Positions 8,538 through 18,361 of a stretch of DNA of 54,854 nucleotides are shown here, piece by piece (position 1 is the stretch's first letter; the number at the start of each line of letters is the position of its first letter). A program made the position numbers and the translations under genes. Location of the stretch: the IMG/VR virus record IMGVR_UViG_3300025247_000003, positions 1 to 54,854 of that record. The stretch is one strand, 5' to 3'. The notes beneath the pieces are model-generated. The model saw only the letters and a list, made by a program, of their open reading frames with translations, did no database searches and had not been told where the DNA came from. The DNA is from a virus. Its lineage: Duplodnaviria; Caudoviricetes.

Positions 8538-8827
8538 GCCCCCAACATTCCAAGTTTCATTTCATGCGTGATGCCGCGAATGAACCAATAAATATTCTGA
8601 TACGTTGCCTTCACGGATTGCGACTTGTTCGTCGTATATCCTCGCACATTGAAAACAGCGGGCTTACCTTTCTCTGCCGGTGTAATGCTTACCAACTTCA
8701 TGCTAGAAAACGGTTGCCCTTTCGTGCGACCGATATGACGCCGCGATGTGCGTTCAATCGGTGCAGGTTCAGGTTTATTGGCGCGGCGTTCGTTTGCGCG
8801 TCGTTGCTGGCGTGTCATCTTACTCAC
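8534..8827 (-). CDS. Basic hypothetical protein
   Basis: ORF, overlaps neighbours. Confidence 0.65.
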   Translation of the reverse strand: MSKMTRQQRRANERRANKPEPAPIERTSRRHIGRTKGQPFSSMKLVSITPAEKGKPAVFNVRGYTTNKSQSVKATYQNIYWFIRGITHEMKLGMLGA

Positions 8828-9423
8828 AGCGGCACCTCATCATCATCAATATCCGGTTTATCAGCTTCTTCTACCATCTTTTTCAACTCATCCATATGCG
8901 GTTTAACTGCCTCCCTTTTATCGGCGTTCTCTCTCCACCACTGAGTAAACGCGTCCTTCCCCTTCATAGCTGCGTCCTTGGCTGATTGCAAAGCGGCGTC
9001 TGGGTCAAACCGTGGATCTGCTTTTCCACCCATCACAAGAGGCTGGATTGTAACCGTGCCCTTTTTACCACGTGTCTTTGTAAGCTGCAATGCACGAGGC
9101 TTATCTAGTCCCTCCATGTGTGAAACCCGAATCCCGCCCACCGCAGCGCCCGCCCATGTTACGGTCGGGTCATTGTAGATCGTGCAATGCATACCAACCC
9201 ATTGCGCCGCATTTGGCCCCCAGATTGAGGCAAGGCAACGGGCGGCGGTTTTGCAAGGCTTCCAGGGTTTATTGTCGTCGCCATCGAAGTAAACCCAAAT
9301 CGGCTGCTCGCCATCACTTACCTTTACGTCACGAATACGGATCGTCATAGGTCCGGTGATAAGGCTATCGGCGTTGAGTTGGTCACTCTTGGGGGCGATT
9401 GCTTTGGTTACGTCAGTTGTCAT
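8824..9423 (-). CDS. Conserved phage protein, candidate single-strand annealing/ssDNA-binding protein
   Basis: KSDQLNAD...KPWKPCK...VGGIRVSH; SSB-like acidic tail DDDEVPL; lies downstream of two exonuclease genes and upstream of ssb. Confidence 0.6.
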   Translation of the reverse strand: MTTDVTKAIAPKSDQLNADSLITGPMTIRIRDVKVSDGEQPIWVYFDGDDNKPWKPCKTAARCLASIWGPNAAQWVGMHCTIYNDPTVTWAGAAVGGIRVSHMEGLDKPRALQLTKTRGKKGTVTIQPLVMGGKADPRFDPDAALQSAKDAAMKGKDAFTQWWRENADKREAVKPHMDELKKMVEEADKPDIDDDEVPL

Positions 9424-10105
9424 TTTCTTGCCTCCTTTTAATTTCCCGAGCCGCGTTCCATTTAAGATCGTATTCCATATCTGTTTGTCGCGTCATCCAG
9501 TTAAGAAAACCTTCCTCCACATCAGGCCATTTATATCCTCGAAACTTTCCGATTGTGCATTTAGGCATTATCTTTGGCTCTTTAGTCCACGAGACCATTT
9601 GCTTTCCAGTGATACCTTCATCAAATAGCGCTTTCAAAATCCATGCCGTAACATATGCGTCAGGGCCTGCCCTATGCGCAGGTTGCGTCTTTTCGTGCTC
9701 TGGATTGATCTTTCCTTGATCTTCAAGCCAATACCGCAATCCACCGTTGCTATGTGTTGGCGCATCCGGCCAAACCCGTAGAGCGGCCTTATATGTGCAG
9801 ATGAAAGGTTTAGGCGTAGAGAAGAATTTCAACTCAAAGTCTGCATTATGTGCGCAGAAAACCGTTACATTGTCATCGTCCATCGTATCAACATCAAACG
9901 GCGGCATTCCGTCGCATTCCGACTTACTGATATGATGCACCGCGCGAACGTCTGGTGGCATGGCGTCCACACCACAAAGCCAAGACATGTATTCGCCAAC
10001 GCTTCCGTCACCTACATCATAGTCACAATAAGCCGCCTCACATACTTGTGCGACAGGCGGTTCAAATCCTGTAGTCTCGAAGTCAATTACTCGGACGATG
10101 CTCAT
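9413..10105 (-). CDS. DEDDh 3'-5' exonuclease (ExoX-like)
   Basis: VIDFETTG, AHNADFE, AHRAGPD, C-terminal GKFRG..W motifs. Confidence 0.88.
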   Translation of the reverse strand: MSIVRVIDFETTGFEPPVAQVCEAAYCDYDVGDGSVGEYMSWLCGVDAMPPDVRAVHHISKSECDGMPPFDVDTMDDDNVTVFCAHNADFELKFFSTPKPFICTYKAALRVWPDAPTHSNGGLRYWLEDQGKINPEHEKTQPAHRAGPDAYVTAWILKALFDEGITGKQMVSWTKEPKIMPKCTIGKFRGYKWPDVEEGFLNWMTRQTDMEYDLKWNAAREIKRRQENDN

Positions 10106-10794
10106 TCAAAATATACCTCCGTCTCTGGTTGTTCTCGCTCAGTCTCAATCACAACGCCAGCATTAGCCAACCGCTCTTGATACTCGAACATTTTATCCTG
10201 CACTTGCTTTTCAAATCCAAGCGCGGCCTCGGTAATTGCCTCCTGATATTTCTCATCACGTCCGCAGCGAATAACCCACATAGGCATACCGCCGCAATAG
10301 CTGATATAGTCGATGTAATCCCATCCCGTGACCATTAGTCCAGTCTGCAATTGCAGCATGTGTTCGGTCGGGATTTCATTGTCTGTGATGACTTGAAGTT
10401 GGTATTTCTGACGCCTGCTCTTGCACTCAATGCCGAAATTACTCATCACGCCAGCGCCATCTGGACTATAACCAATGGTCACGCCGCCAATGTCTCGCGT
10501 GATGAATCCCAATTCATCTACGGGTTCATAGTGTTCGGAATATGCGTCACGGGCTTTTACCTCGTCCACATGACCGCGCAGCATGTCGTCTGACACGTAT
10601 TGAGGCTCGGTGTATCCGGTGATGCGTTGCGCGGCCAACTCATATACGTGGGTGCGGGTTTTCTCGTTGTTGGCGATCTTGAGTGTCGGCGTCAGGATCA
10701 AATTAACCTCTGACGCGGTTAGAAGTCCGTTGCGGGCTTCATGCCATTCGGGGGAACCTTGTTCGACGTTATGGATGGTGCATTGGGGGTGCAT
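10102..10794 (-). CDS. YqaJ/lambda-type exonuclease
   Basis: QGSPEWHEARNG.LTAS, YSPDG, IECK, QLQTGL motifs. Confidence 0.9.
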   Translation of the reverse strand: MHPQCTIHNVEQGSPEWHEARNGLLTASEVNLILTPTLKIANNEKTRTHVYELAAQRITGYTEPQYVSDDMLRGHVDEVKARDAYSEHYEPVDELGFITRDIGGVTIGYSPDGAGVMSNFGIECKSRRQKYQLQVITDNEIPTEHMLQLQTGLMVTGWDYIDYISYCGGMPMWVIRCGRDEKYQEAITEAALGFEKQVQDKMFEYQERLANAGVVIETEREQPETEVYFE

Positions 10795-11054
10795 TATTTT
10801 TCCTCCGGTTGGGTGGGGAGCGGCATCCAATGGGTTGGTTCGGCAACAATACTGTCGCCATGCGTTTCGGAGTTTCCTATAATCCACCCTTTAAGCGGGT
10901 CGTGGAATCCTATAGCCGACCTGTCAAACGCGTAATTTGTCTGGTAGGTTTCACCTTCATCCCAAAAAACTCCGCCACCAACCAACACGGCTGGTCCAGT
11001 GTTTATTCCCTTACCGTGCGGGGCAGTCTCAATTGGTTGCCATTCCATCCTCAT
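10794..11054 (-). CDS. DUF551-like phage protein
   Basis: WQPIETAP...PTHWMPLP. Confidence 0.75.
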   Translation of the reverse strand: MRMEWQPIETAPHGKGINTGPAVLVGGGVFWDEGETYQTNYAFDRSAIGFHDPLKGWIIGNSETHGDSIVAEPTHWMPLPTQPEEK

Positions 11055-11086
11055 CGCCTCCTATGCGATCAATTAATTCCTGCCAC

Positions 11087-11115
11087 GTCTTACACCCATA
11101 CTGAGCCGCTGTCAA
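11087..11115 (-). promoter_or_regulatory. Sigma70-type promoter of the recombination operon
   Basis: TTGACA-17-TAAGAC on the minus strand. Confidence 0.6.
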
Positions 11116-11182
11116 TGCCTCTGATTTTTCGCGTGAAACGTTGCAACCCTCTGCAACTATGGCCGCGCGTTCGATCACTTCA

Positions 11183-11596
11183 TCAAGGGTCAAGTCGTTC
11201 GCCATTACACACCCTTACCGCATCATCGGCAGACCTACAGAAACCGCTCAAACCACCGTCGCGCGAAACTGCTTCATGCCATCTTAGTTGTTCTTTAGTG
11301 GCTCTGCCTTTTGCGGTTTTAATCTCCCACGACGCAAACCGCGCGAACGTTTGCCCAACCATATCTTTCGTGATTTCAGTCGGAACCCAACCGATCCGAT
11401 CCGCGCTACCCTTCATTAAACCGAAGTCAATGAATCTCGGGTTTTCCAAGACAACGTATCGTTTACCGTTTTTCGTATATTCTTCGGTTTTCTTACCGGA
11501 CCATGCTTTTCCGACGTTGTTGCGGAACGACTTTCCGCCTGCCCTTGAAATGGCTAGGGCGGCGTCGTTTGATACGTTGGCCTCTGATCGTTTCAT
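11183..11596 (-). CDS. VRR-NUC domain nuclease
   Basis: FRNNVG, GSAD.IG, EIKT.KGR...EQ motifs. Confidence 0.88.
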   Translation of the reverse strand: MKRSEANVSNDAALAISRAGGKSFRNNVGKAWSGKKTEEYTKNGKRYVVLENPRFIDFGLMKGSADRIGWVPTEITKDMVGQTFARFASWEIKTAKGRATKEQLRWHEAVSRDGGLSGFCRSADDAVRVCNGERLDP

Positions 11597-11763
11597 ACCT
11601 TAATTTTCGCTCCGTCTCTGGTGATAACTACCATTACGCGCCCATCGCGGCGGACAATTTTACAGTCACGCGGCGTTAATCCCCGGCTCTTGCAGAATGA
11701 CTTAGCTTGTTCCGCCGCGTCTTCTGCATCTGGCGTTTGGAATGGTTCGAAGCCTACATTCAT
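11593..11763 (-). CDS. Hypothetical protein (56 aa)
   Basis: Manual ORF MNVGFEPFQTPDAEDAA... with overlapping start and stop. Confidence 0.55.
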   Translation of the reverse strand: MNVGFEPFQTPDAEDAAEQAKSFCKSRGLTPRDCKIVRRDGRVMVVITRDGAKIKV

Positions 11764-12095
11764 CAATCGTCACGTCGAGAAAGAAAGAACGATCCGCATG
11801 GAGACATAACGCTAAAGCTGGATTGATGAAGTTTACGACACAGAAACTCGCCTAGGTCTTTAGCTTTTTCTGTGATATCCTCTTGGTCAGTCGGAAACCT
11901 AGCGTAGTTTATCATGGTGACTTTTACGCCTTTTTCTTGACCTCCAGTATATACATACTCACATTCAAACACACTAACGCATAAACCTGACAAGCAATAT
12001 TCGGAGCAGTAGTGCTTTGCTAAATCTGAATTACCCGCGATGTAAATGTCCGCTTGTCCATATTCGCATTGAATTTCTGTGAATTCTTCTTTCAT
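11763..12095 (-). CDS. Conserved phage hypothetical protein
   Basis: YVYTGGQE.G...MINYARFP; coupled to the PAPS-reductase-like gene. Confidence 0.7.
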   Translation of the reverse strand: MKEEFTEIQCEYGQADIYIAGNSDLAKHYCSEYCLSGLCVSVFECEYVYTGGQEKGVKVTMINYARFPTDQEDITEKAKDLGEFLCRKLHQSSFSVMSPCGSFFLSRRDD

Positions 12096-12856
12096 TTCCA
12101 CTTCTCCTCGCAAAAGAACCCGCAATCTAGGTCCATTGATTTCAAGTCTTGCCCTTTTGCATGTTCTGGCAATTCATCAAGGAACATTCTTTCTCCGTTC
12201 CACCTAACCAATTTAGCCCCAATATCTCTTGACACTTCGCAAAGATGATTGAACCTTTCCGGCGAAATTCTCCTAATAAGGTTCCAGTAGGTCGCGCTAG
12301 TAGCCTTTACACACCCAATGCAGTTTGCGTTTGGCATTCCTAAGTCATACGCAGCAGACATTTTAAGACCGATTGCGTTCATCATCTTTCCGCAATCATC
12401 TTTGGTCATCATTCGGTCAATTAGAATTGGCAACACGTTTTCACGCTCAGTAAGTGTGAAATTTTCATGCCTTTCCTTTTCGTCATAGGTGAACCCCATA
12501 ACATGCCAGTCAGCGTGATTATTGCTTTCCCAAAACTGACGGGCTTTCTTCTTTAACTCACCTGTGCATGGCGCACCATATGGCGACGACATAAACCGGC
12601 GATTTTCAAAAACGTCAAATATTGAGCATTCCGGCCAATCTGGATTTATGACAATTTCAATATCTCGACCTAAATATTCCGAAAGGTCGCGAACAAAACG
12701 CTGATTGTCTTCGTGTTCCTCTTTGATCGGATTGTTAAGTAAGCGAATATCGCAAAGGTTTCCATATTGGCGGCATGTCAAAATTGCAGCCGCAGCGCTT
12801 GCCGCCCCACAACTTACCCATACGGCAATCACGTCACCTTCTTTTGGCTCACTCAC
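12092..12856 (-). CDS. PAPS reductase-like (adenine nucleotide alpha-hydrolase) protein
   Basis: PP-loop-like SCGAASA, PCTGELKK, GFT.DE..R, NANCIGCVK, C-terminal DCGFFC. Confidence 0.75.
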   Translation of the reverse strand: MSEPKEGDVIAVWVSCGAASAAAAILTCRQYGNLCDIRLLNNPIKEEHEDNQRFVRDLSEYLGRDIEIVINPDWPECSIFDVFENRRFMSSPYGAPCTGELKKKARQFWESNNHADWHVMGFTYDEKERHENFTLTERENVLPILIDRMMTKDDCGKMMNAIGLKMSAAYDLGMPNANCIGCVKATSATYWNLIRRISPERFNHLCEVSRDIGAKLVRWNGERMFLDELPEHAKGQDLKSMDLDCGFFCEEKWK

Positions 12857-14238
12857 GCCAACCCCCTAACCTTCATCTGATGATAAGCCCATTGCGGCTT
12901 ATATCCCTTTTCCTTAGCATATTCCATCAACCCCGGCAACCCATCTTGCCTAGCGATAATGCCGACCTGTTGCGGGATGCTCATGGGACGTTCGGTTATC
13001 TCTTGTAGTTCGCCGTCAACTTCCTCAATTTCGCGGCTAATAATTGGATAAACAAAGCCGCACGCAGGGCAACATGGCGACGGGCGATGCACAAAGAAGC
13101 ATTCCGTGCATTGCCTAGTCGGTTCCGTATTCTCCGATGATCCGCCGCTTCGCTTTTCACGATCCATCAACGACCAGTCCCTGACGCTATCCGGCAACCC
13201 ATGCCGCTCACTATTGCCAGCGTGATCCAAGATAATTGCCGGGAAATCTTTCTTGCGCAATGCTCTGCCGTACTTCTGTAACTGCATGGCCATGGATTGC
13301 GTTGGCGACAGGTCGCTAATGCATTCAACGGTCACATCCATTCCAGCCGCGCTGGATAGATCAAAGCCGAACGTCAACAACTGACAACTAGTCAACACCT
13401 TCAATTCCCGCCGCGCAAATGCCTTGATGATGCGACTGCGTTCCGCGTCGTCCATCTTGCCGCTAATACTAGCAGCCGGAACACCATTGTCATTAAACGA
13501 TTGCGCGACAATCTCGGAATGTTTGACTGAAGCGCAGAAAACCACGTTAAGCAATCCATCTGCGTGTTGCTTATAGTGTCTGACGCTATTGCCGATCAAC
13601 AGACGGTCGCTCTCCATACGATCCGCCAGTTGCCCCTTGGCGTAATCACCGGCGACTGTGCGAATACCCGTCATGTCCGGTGTATCGGGGGCAAACATGC
13701 GGTAGTCGGACAACTCGCCCATGTCTATCAACTCGCGAACGGATGGCCCTTCCTCCATATGACTATACCACATGCCGAGACCGGTGCCATCTGTCCTGTG
13801 AGGCGTGGCGGATAGACCGATGCCCCATGCACCGTGACCTTTAGCCCAATTGATAATATCTCCCAATTGACCGCTGCCGTGGTGGGTTTCGTCAATGAAC
13901 ACGAGGTTAGGCTTGGGCGCGTTATCCAGTCGTCTAGCAAGCGTTCCAACCGTGCAGATCTGGACCTTGGCGAACGGCGACGGGCGGTATCCAGAGGCAA
14001 TGTATCCGAACGGAATACCGACGCTATCGTAACTCTCTGCGGTCTGACGCAATAGTTCACGGCGTGGCACGACGAAATAGCAGGTATTGCCTTTCTGTCT
14101 GGCCGCGTTGATCATATGGCCTGCCGTGAACGTCTTTCCTGCACCTGTAGGGAATTGCAGGAGTTGCCATTTATGACTGAGCATACCGTTACGGATGCGG
14201 TCAACCATTTTTTGTTGGTAGGGGCGGAGGGTGATCAT
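12853..14238 (-). CDS. Superfamily 2 DNA helicase with C-terminal Zn ribbon
   Basis: LRPYQ, PTGAGKT, DETHH, SATP, QKYGRALR, CxxC...CxxC. Confidence 0.93.
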   Translation of the reverse strand: MITLRPYQQKMVDRIRNGMLSHKWQLLQFPTGAGKTFTAGHMINAARQKGNTCYFVVPRRELLRQTAESYDSVGIPFGYIASGYRPSPFAKVQICTVGTLARRLDNAPKPNLVFIDETHHGSGQLGDIINWAKGHGAWGIGLSATPHRTDGTGLGMWYSHMEEGPSVRELIDMGELSDYRMFAPDTPDMTGIRTVAGDYAKGQLADRMESDRLLIGNSVRHYKQHADGLLNVVFCASVKHSEIVAQSFNDNGVPAASISGKMDDAERSRIIKAFARRELKVLTSCQLLTFGFDLSSAAGMDVTVECISDLSPTQSMAMQLQKYGRALRKKDFPAIILDHAGNSERHGLPDSVRDWSLMDREKRSGGSSENTEPTRQCTECFFVHRPSPCCPACGFVYPIISREIEEVDGELQEITERPMSIPQQVGIIARQDGLPGLMEYAKEKGYKPQWAYHQMKVRGLA

Positions 14239-14477
14239 GTATAAGCCGTATCAACAATAATTTCATCGTCACTAGACGTATAAGAACCGCCGATAGGGAA
14301 AACTCTACCCCCCCTCACCCAATACCATTGCGTGAAATTATCGTCGTCACTTTCCGCGTAAAGCAACTTTCCATTTATTGAGTAGTAATTTGAATTGTAG
14401 TGGCTTATTTCTGGTAGATGCGTCATGCATTCTGGCGTTAGCCCGTCAAATAGTTTTTTTGCGGCATCCATAATCAT
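14235..14477 (-). CDS. Hypothetical protein
   Basis: ORF between primase and helicase. Confidence 0.6.
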   Translation of the reverse strand: MIMDAAKKLFDGLTPECMTHLPEISHYNSNYYSINGKLLYAESDDDNFTQWYWVRGGRVFPIGGSYTSSDDEIIVDTAYT

Positions 14478-17087
14478 TTAAAATCCCTCCATTTGATATT
14501 CTGTGTCGTCGTTATCCACGTCCACAGGTTCCATGCCCAAAGCATCCGCCAACGGAACACTAGTCGCCCTTGTCCGCAACCCCGGCCCAAAATAAACCAC
14601 TCGACCATCGCAATTACCAGCCCCATCATAGTCCCCCAAAGTGCGTTTCCACAATCCCCAAGGCGTATCCCTCAGTATCGCCTTCAATGGCGGCGCTGAA
14701 TTACTAATCAACAACTGATCCCCCTCAACCTTGATCCCAACGCCGCCAAGACCCTTGACCGCCGCGTCATGTCCCAAGGCATCCGCATTAGCCGCCCGCC
14801 AAGCCAACTCGCCTATGCTGCTTTCCCGACCCATTCCATCTTGGTCATACCGGACCCTAGCCGCCATGATATGACCGAGCAATGCCTCGGCGTCCGACAT
14901 TCCACTTCCCAACTCATGCCATTGCCAGTCCTGATTATTCACCCAATCCTCGACGTATTCATATGTCACTCGCTTGGTCGATACCAGACTATGAGCGCCC
15001 GCAATCATGGTGCCTACCTGATCGCCTGCGCGTTTGCTTCCCAGCTTCTTGCTAAACACGCTCACGAATACGTCGATATTATCCAATAGCACGTCCAGAT
15101 ATGCAACCGTCCTAGCCAGTAGTCTATTAGGAAACTCCCCCGTGATCGTTTCCGCAATGTCCGACAACAGTTTCTTGTATTGCTCTTCGCTGTCCGGCCT
15201 TGTGTTCGGCGTCAGCTCAAGCATCGTCCAGCGGTCAGCATCAGCGCCTTGTTCGATACGCGGGTTGATTGCCCCGAAACACGCCGCCGACCGTGCAACG
15301 TATGTCGCGTATGCGTTCTCGACCACAGCCCCGGATGATGCGTTGCGGAAATACTCAAATATCAGCTGCATCTGCGCGCGCCTTGGCCCGCTCTCGCTCT
15401 CGGCCTCGTCCATGATGAAAGGCCTGCTAGACGCCCCCAATGCCTTACGAATACCCGGCTCAGTTGTGCCGCCGTCACGCTTTACGGCAATACCCTTAAG
15501 TGCATCCCTAACGATCTTATCCATCACGGTTGATTTGCCGCTGCCTTTGCGGCCAGTTACGAAAATATGCGGTCGCCAATCAATGCAGCCTCCAATCGCA
15601 GCGATAACGATCCAGCCAGCGAGAATATAGCCATACTGCTTTTTCTTCCATGTCAAGCTCGTGCAAATGTCCAACAACCGTGCCGCATCTTTGCTTGATA
15701 GCGGTTCAACGTCCATGTCAATCACGCGCTGGCCTGCCTCATATACATAGTCGCCTTGATATGCGCTAGGGTGACACTTGACGCCCTCGCCCACAATCAC
15801 ATTGCCGCAGTTGACCAATAGCGCGCCGTTGTCATTCCAGACGCCAACCCCGCGCGCGTTCTCAAGTGAGAAAATACCCTTGTCCTGACATAGCCTGATC
15901 AAGTCACCGCTGGCATAGTCCGCAATCTTGGACATGCTATCCTCTGGCGCATACTTCGCCTCCCAAAACCCACGTGGCGCTAGTTGATACAGGTTCTGCG
16001 GCCTTCCTAGTGCGGTTGCGGAAAACTCCATGATCTGCCCTGTCGCGCGCGGGAAGAAATAATACGATCCGCGATTATGGCCTAGCGGGCGGATCGGGTC
16101 CGCGTCCTCGATCACGTCCGCGTCAATGTCGTAATCAGGTTCCCATGTGTCCTCATGATCGATAACCGGCGCACGGTTCAGACCTTCCCTCACCGCGTCA
16201 ATGCCATGCAGTCGCGCAACGTCATCCCAATCCGACACGCCATCCTCGGTGTCAGGCGCGACCACTTGCGCCCCACCAATTGCGACAGCCGCTTGGCCCG
16301 CCTTCTCGATACCTGGGTTCCACGGGTCGCCATTAACCTTAGTCACCGTGTGGTCATTATCCGCCGCGATGATGATACGTGCATCTGGGTATTTCTTTCG
16401 GATCGCCTGCGCCACTGGTTTCAAATTGCCAGCATTGAACGCGCATATCACGCTCCATCCCGTCGCCTCATTGATCTTGCATCCGGTTGCAACACCTTCG
16501 CATATCGCTATCGTGCCAAGGTCGCCCTTGACAGACCAGTATGCGCCTACGTGGTCGCTGCCCTTGGAGAATAGCTTGGTCCCGTCTGCAAGGATGCGCT
16601 GGACGTTTGCAATCTCTCCGCCGCGCCACATGGGAACGATCAAGGTATCGCCATCGTATCTGACGCCCTTGGGCTTGATGCCCTTGTGCTCGCAGTATGG
16701 GGAAGATCCAGTCTTGCTGGACCTGTCCCATAGTTTGATTGCGTCCGCTCGGGATTGTTCGGCTGCGGCTTTGCGCTTTTCCTCAGCCGCGCGACGGGCT
16801 GCGTCTACCTTGGCTTTGTGCGCGGCCTTATCCTCGGCTGACCACTTTCGCTTACTCTTAGTGTGCCATGAGTGTGACACACCTTCCTTGTGAGACATGC
16901 AGTTTCCGTAGCCAAATCCGGTGTCATCTACGGCCAGACGGTATGCGCCGGTCTTAACTCTGGGCTTGTCGTCTTCCAGCGCATAGCGGTGCCATTCATC
17001 ATCTGGGGTAATCTCGGATGGGTCGCGCGGACCGATGCCTTGCGCTCGCATGAATTCGATAAACTCGGCGACGGTTTCGTCTGTCAT
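14478..17087 (-). CDS. TOPRIM primase fused to a P-loop helicase
   Basis: ICEGVATG, AFNAGNL, IAADND, SDWDD (TOPRIM); GRKGSGKST and MDEAE (Walker A/B). Confidence 0.9.
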   Translation of the reverse strand: MTDETVAEFIEFMRAQGIGPRDPSEITPDDEWHRYALEDDKPRVKTGAYRLAVDDTGFGYGNCMSHKEGVSHSWHTKSKRKWSAEDKAAHKAKVDAARRAAEEKRKAAAEQSRADAIKLWDRSSKTGSSPYCEHKGIKPKGVRYDGDTLIVPMWRGGEIANVQRILADGTKLFSKGSDHVGAYWSVKGDLGTIAICEGVATGCKINEATGWSVICAFNAGNLKPVAQAIRKKYPDARIIIAADNDHTVTKVNGDPWNPGIEKAGQAAVAIGGAQVVAPDTEDGVSDWDDVARLHGIDAVREGLNRAPVIDHEDTWEPDYDIDADVIEDADPIRPLGHNRGSYYFFPRATGQIMEFSATALGRPQNLYQLAPRGFWEAKYAPEDSMSKIADYASGDLIRLCQDKGIFSLENARGVGVWNDNGALLVNCGNVIVGEGVKCHPSAYQGDYVYEAGQRVIDMDVEPLSSKDAARLLDICTSLTWKKKQYGYILAGWIVIAAIGGCIDWRPHIFVTGRKGSGKSTVMDKIVRDALKGIAVKRDGGTTEPGIRKALGASSRPFIMDEAESESGPRRAQMQLIFEYFRNASSGAVVENAYATYVARSAACFGAINPRIEQGADADRWTMLELTPNTRPDSEEQYKKLLSDIAETITGEFPNRLLARTVAYLDVLLDNIDVFVSVFSKKLGSKRAGDQVGTMIAGAHSLVSTKRVTYEYVEDWVNNQDWQWHELGSGMSDAEALLGHIMAARVRYDQDGMGRESSIGELAWRAANADALGHDAAVKGLGGVGIKVEGDQLLISNSAPPLKAILRDTPWGLWKRTLGDYDGAGNCDGRVVYFGPGLRTRATSVPLADALGMEPVDVDNDDTEYQMEGF

Positions 17088-17317
17088 TGTTCACCTGCAA
17101 TAATCTCAGCCCAGCAATCGGGGCAGTAAGTACACCCCGTAACCGGATCAGAGTAAAACCATCCCTCGGGAAACTTCACATCGTCAATTCCCGGATTGTG
17201 CCAAACTCCGAAACCCCAACCCTTACCATCGAAGCTGCGAAACTCTCTGTGGGGGAGGTAGTGCGGACCAGTCTCGACGTGGCACCCGTCGCAAGATAGA
17301 TGGATTTTTACGGTCAT
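17084..17317 (-). CDS. Small Zn-finger protein
   Basis: CDGC...CPDC; GGAGG SD; TTGACA-18-TATCAC upstream. Confidence 0.65.
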   Translation of the reverse strand: MTVKIHLSCDGCHVETGPHYLPHREFRSFDGKGWGFGVWHNPGIDDVKFPEGWFYSDPVTGCTYCPDCWAEIIAGEQ

Positions 17318-17429
17318 GTCATGGTCCCTCCTATATGCCGCGCAGTGATACACCAGAGGCGGTAAAGGTGTCAAGGCCATGTCGGTGGAAGCCGCGCGCA
17401 CCGTAAATTTTAGCCAAACGGCCTCTTTA

Positions 17430-17910
17430 TTTCAAACGTTGCGTGTTTGCTATTTTTTGCAACGAAAACCCTTATTTTTAAGGCTGAAACCGAGGTAACG
17501 TTTGAGGTAACACATGACAACGTTTGATGAAAACACGCAACGTTGACAACGCAGCGTTACCTCGTTTGTTGCGTGTCTGTTACCTCTTTTGAGCCATATA
17601 AATAAGGGTTTTGAGAGGCAGGACGCAACAAAGTAACGTTTTTAACAAAGAAGGGCGCATAGATACATGTATACACACACGAGAAACACGACGCGACCAC
17701 ACGTCCACACCTGTAAGTCCTCATAACGGGGGGTCTTTATTATTTTGCGTTACTTTGTTGCGCTCCCCTCTCTACTACTACTACTACTTCTAAGAAAAGA
17801 GTATAAGAATAAGGGGTTTGTCGGGTTTTTGGGCGGATGAAAAAGACGCAACGTTTGAGGTAACAGGGACGCAACGTTTTAGAAAAACGTTGCGTTGTCA
17901 TTTTTGCAAC
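17430..17910. other. Probable replication origin (iteron-like direct and inverted repeats)
   Basis: GAGGTAAC at 17492, 17504, 17857; GTTACCTC at 17556, 17579; many ACGCAAC/GTTGCGT; 15-bp inverted repeat 17624-17638 / 17748-17762; lies at the divergence point beside the primase-helicase gene. Confidence 0.65.
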
Positions 17911-18025
17911 AGTTAATCCGAGAATACCAAACCACTTGACGCCGCCCGCTCGGTATGTCGGTTCTTAAAGAGTTAATACAGGATAAACCGTTGACACTGG
18001 AACAGGCTTAAGGTAGTGTGTGAAC

Positions 18026-18214
18026 ATGCAGAAAATATATGACTTCATCAACAACGAAGTAACCAACGGCAACACCGTGCTGGCGTATGACCGAAGCAAG
18101 GTTAAGCCGCACGTGTACCACATCAAAGATATGTGGCGTGTTAGGTTGATTGGTGGGGTTGTTTATGTTGATGGGGTTTGTATAAAAAAATGGACTATAG
18201 CAAGGAAACCTTAA
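18026..18214 (+). CDS. Hypothetical protein, probably leaderless
   Basis: TTGACA-17-TAGTGT, then ATG 6 nt later. Confidence 0.6.
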   Translation: MQKIYDFINNEVTNGNTVLAYDRSKVKPHVYHIKDMWRVRLIGGVVYVDGVCIKKWTIARKP

Positions 18215-18277
18215 TTTGTTAACCATAAAAACACTATTCATCAACTTGAAAAATACTTGACATAGTTTATATTATAC

Positions 18278-18333
18278 GAACGGGGATAGACCGGCCAGTC
18301 GAACCGCAGATAGACCTACTGCTTTCCCCGTTC
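18278..18333 (+). ncRNA. Candidate three-way-junction RNA in the HNH gene leader
   Basis: GAACGGGGA/TCCCCGTTC outer stem; GAC/GTC and GCAG/CTGC inner hairpins. Confidence 0.5.
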
Positions 18334-18361
18334 ATTTTATAGGTCAAAGCAAAGGTCAGCT

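Noticed and set aside
10809-16893. Long plus-strand ORFs (10809-11603, 15034-15630, 16201-16893)
   Set aside because: Antisense to well-supported genes, with no motifs or SD
17430-17910. Possible CRISPR or guide-RNA array
   Set aside because: Repeats are 7-15 bp, irregularly spaced and in both orientations; fits DNA binding sites better
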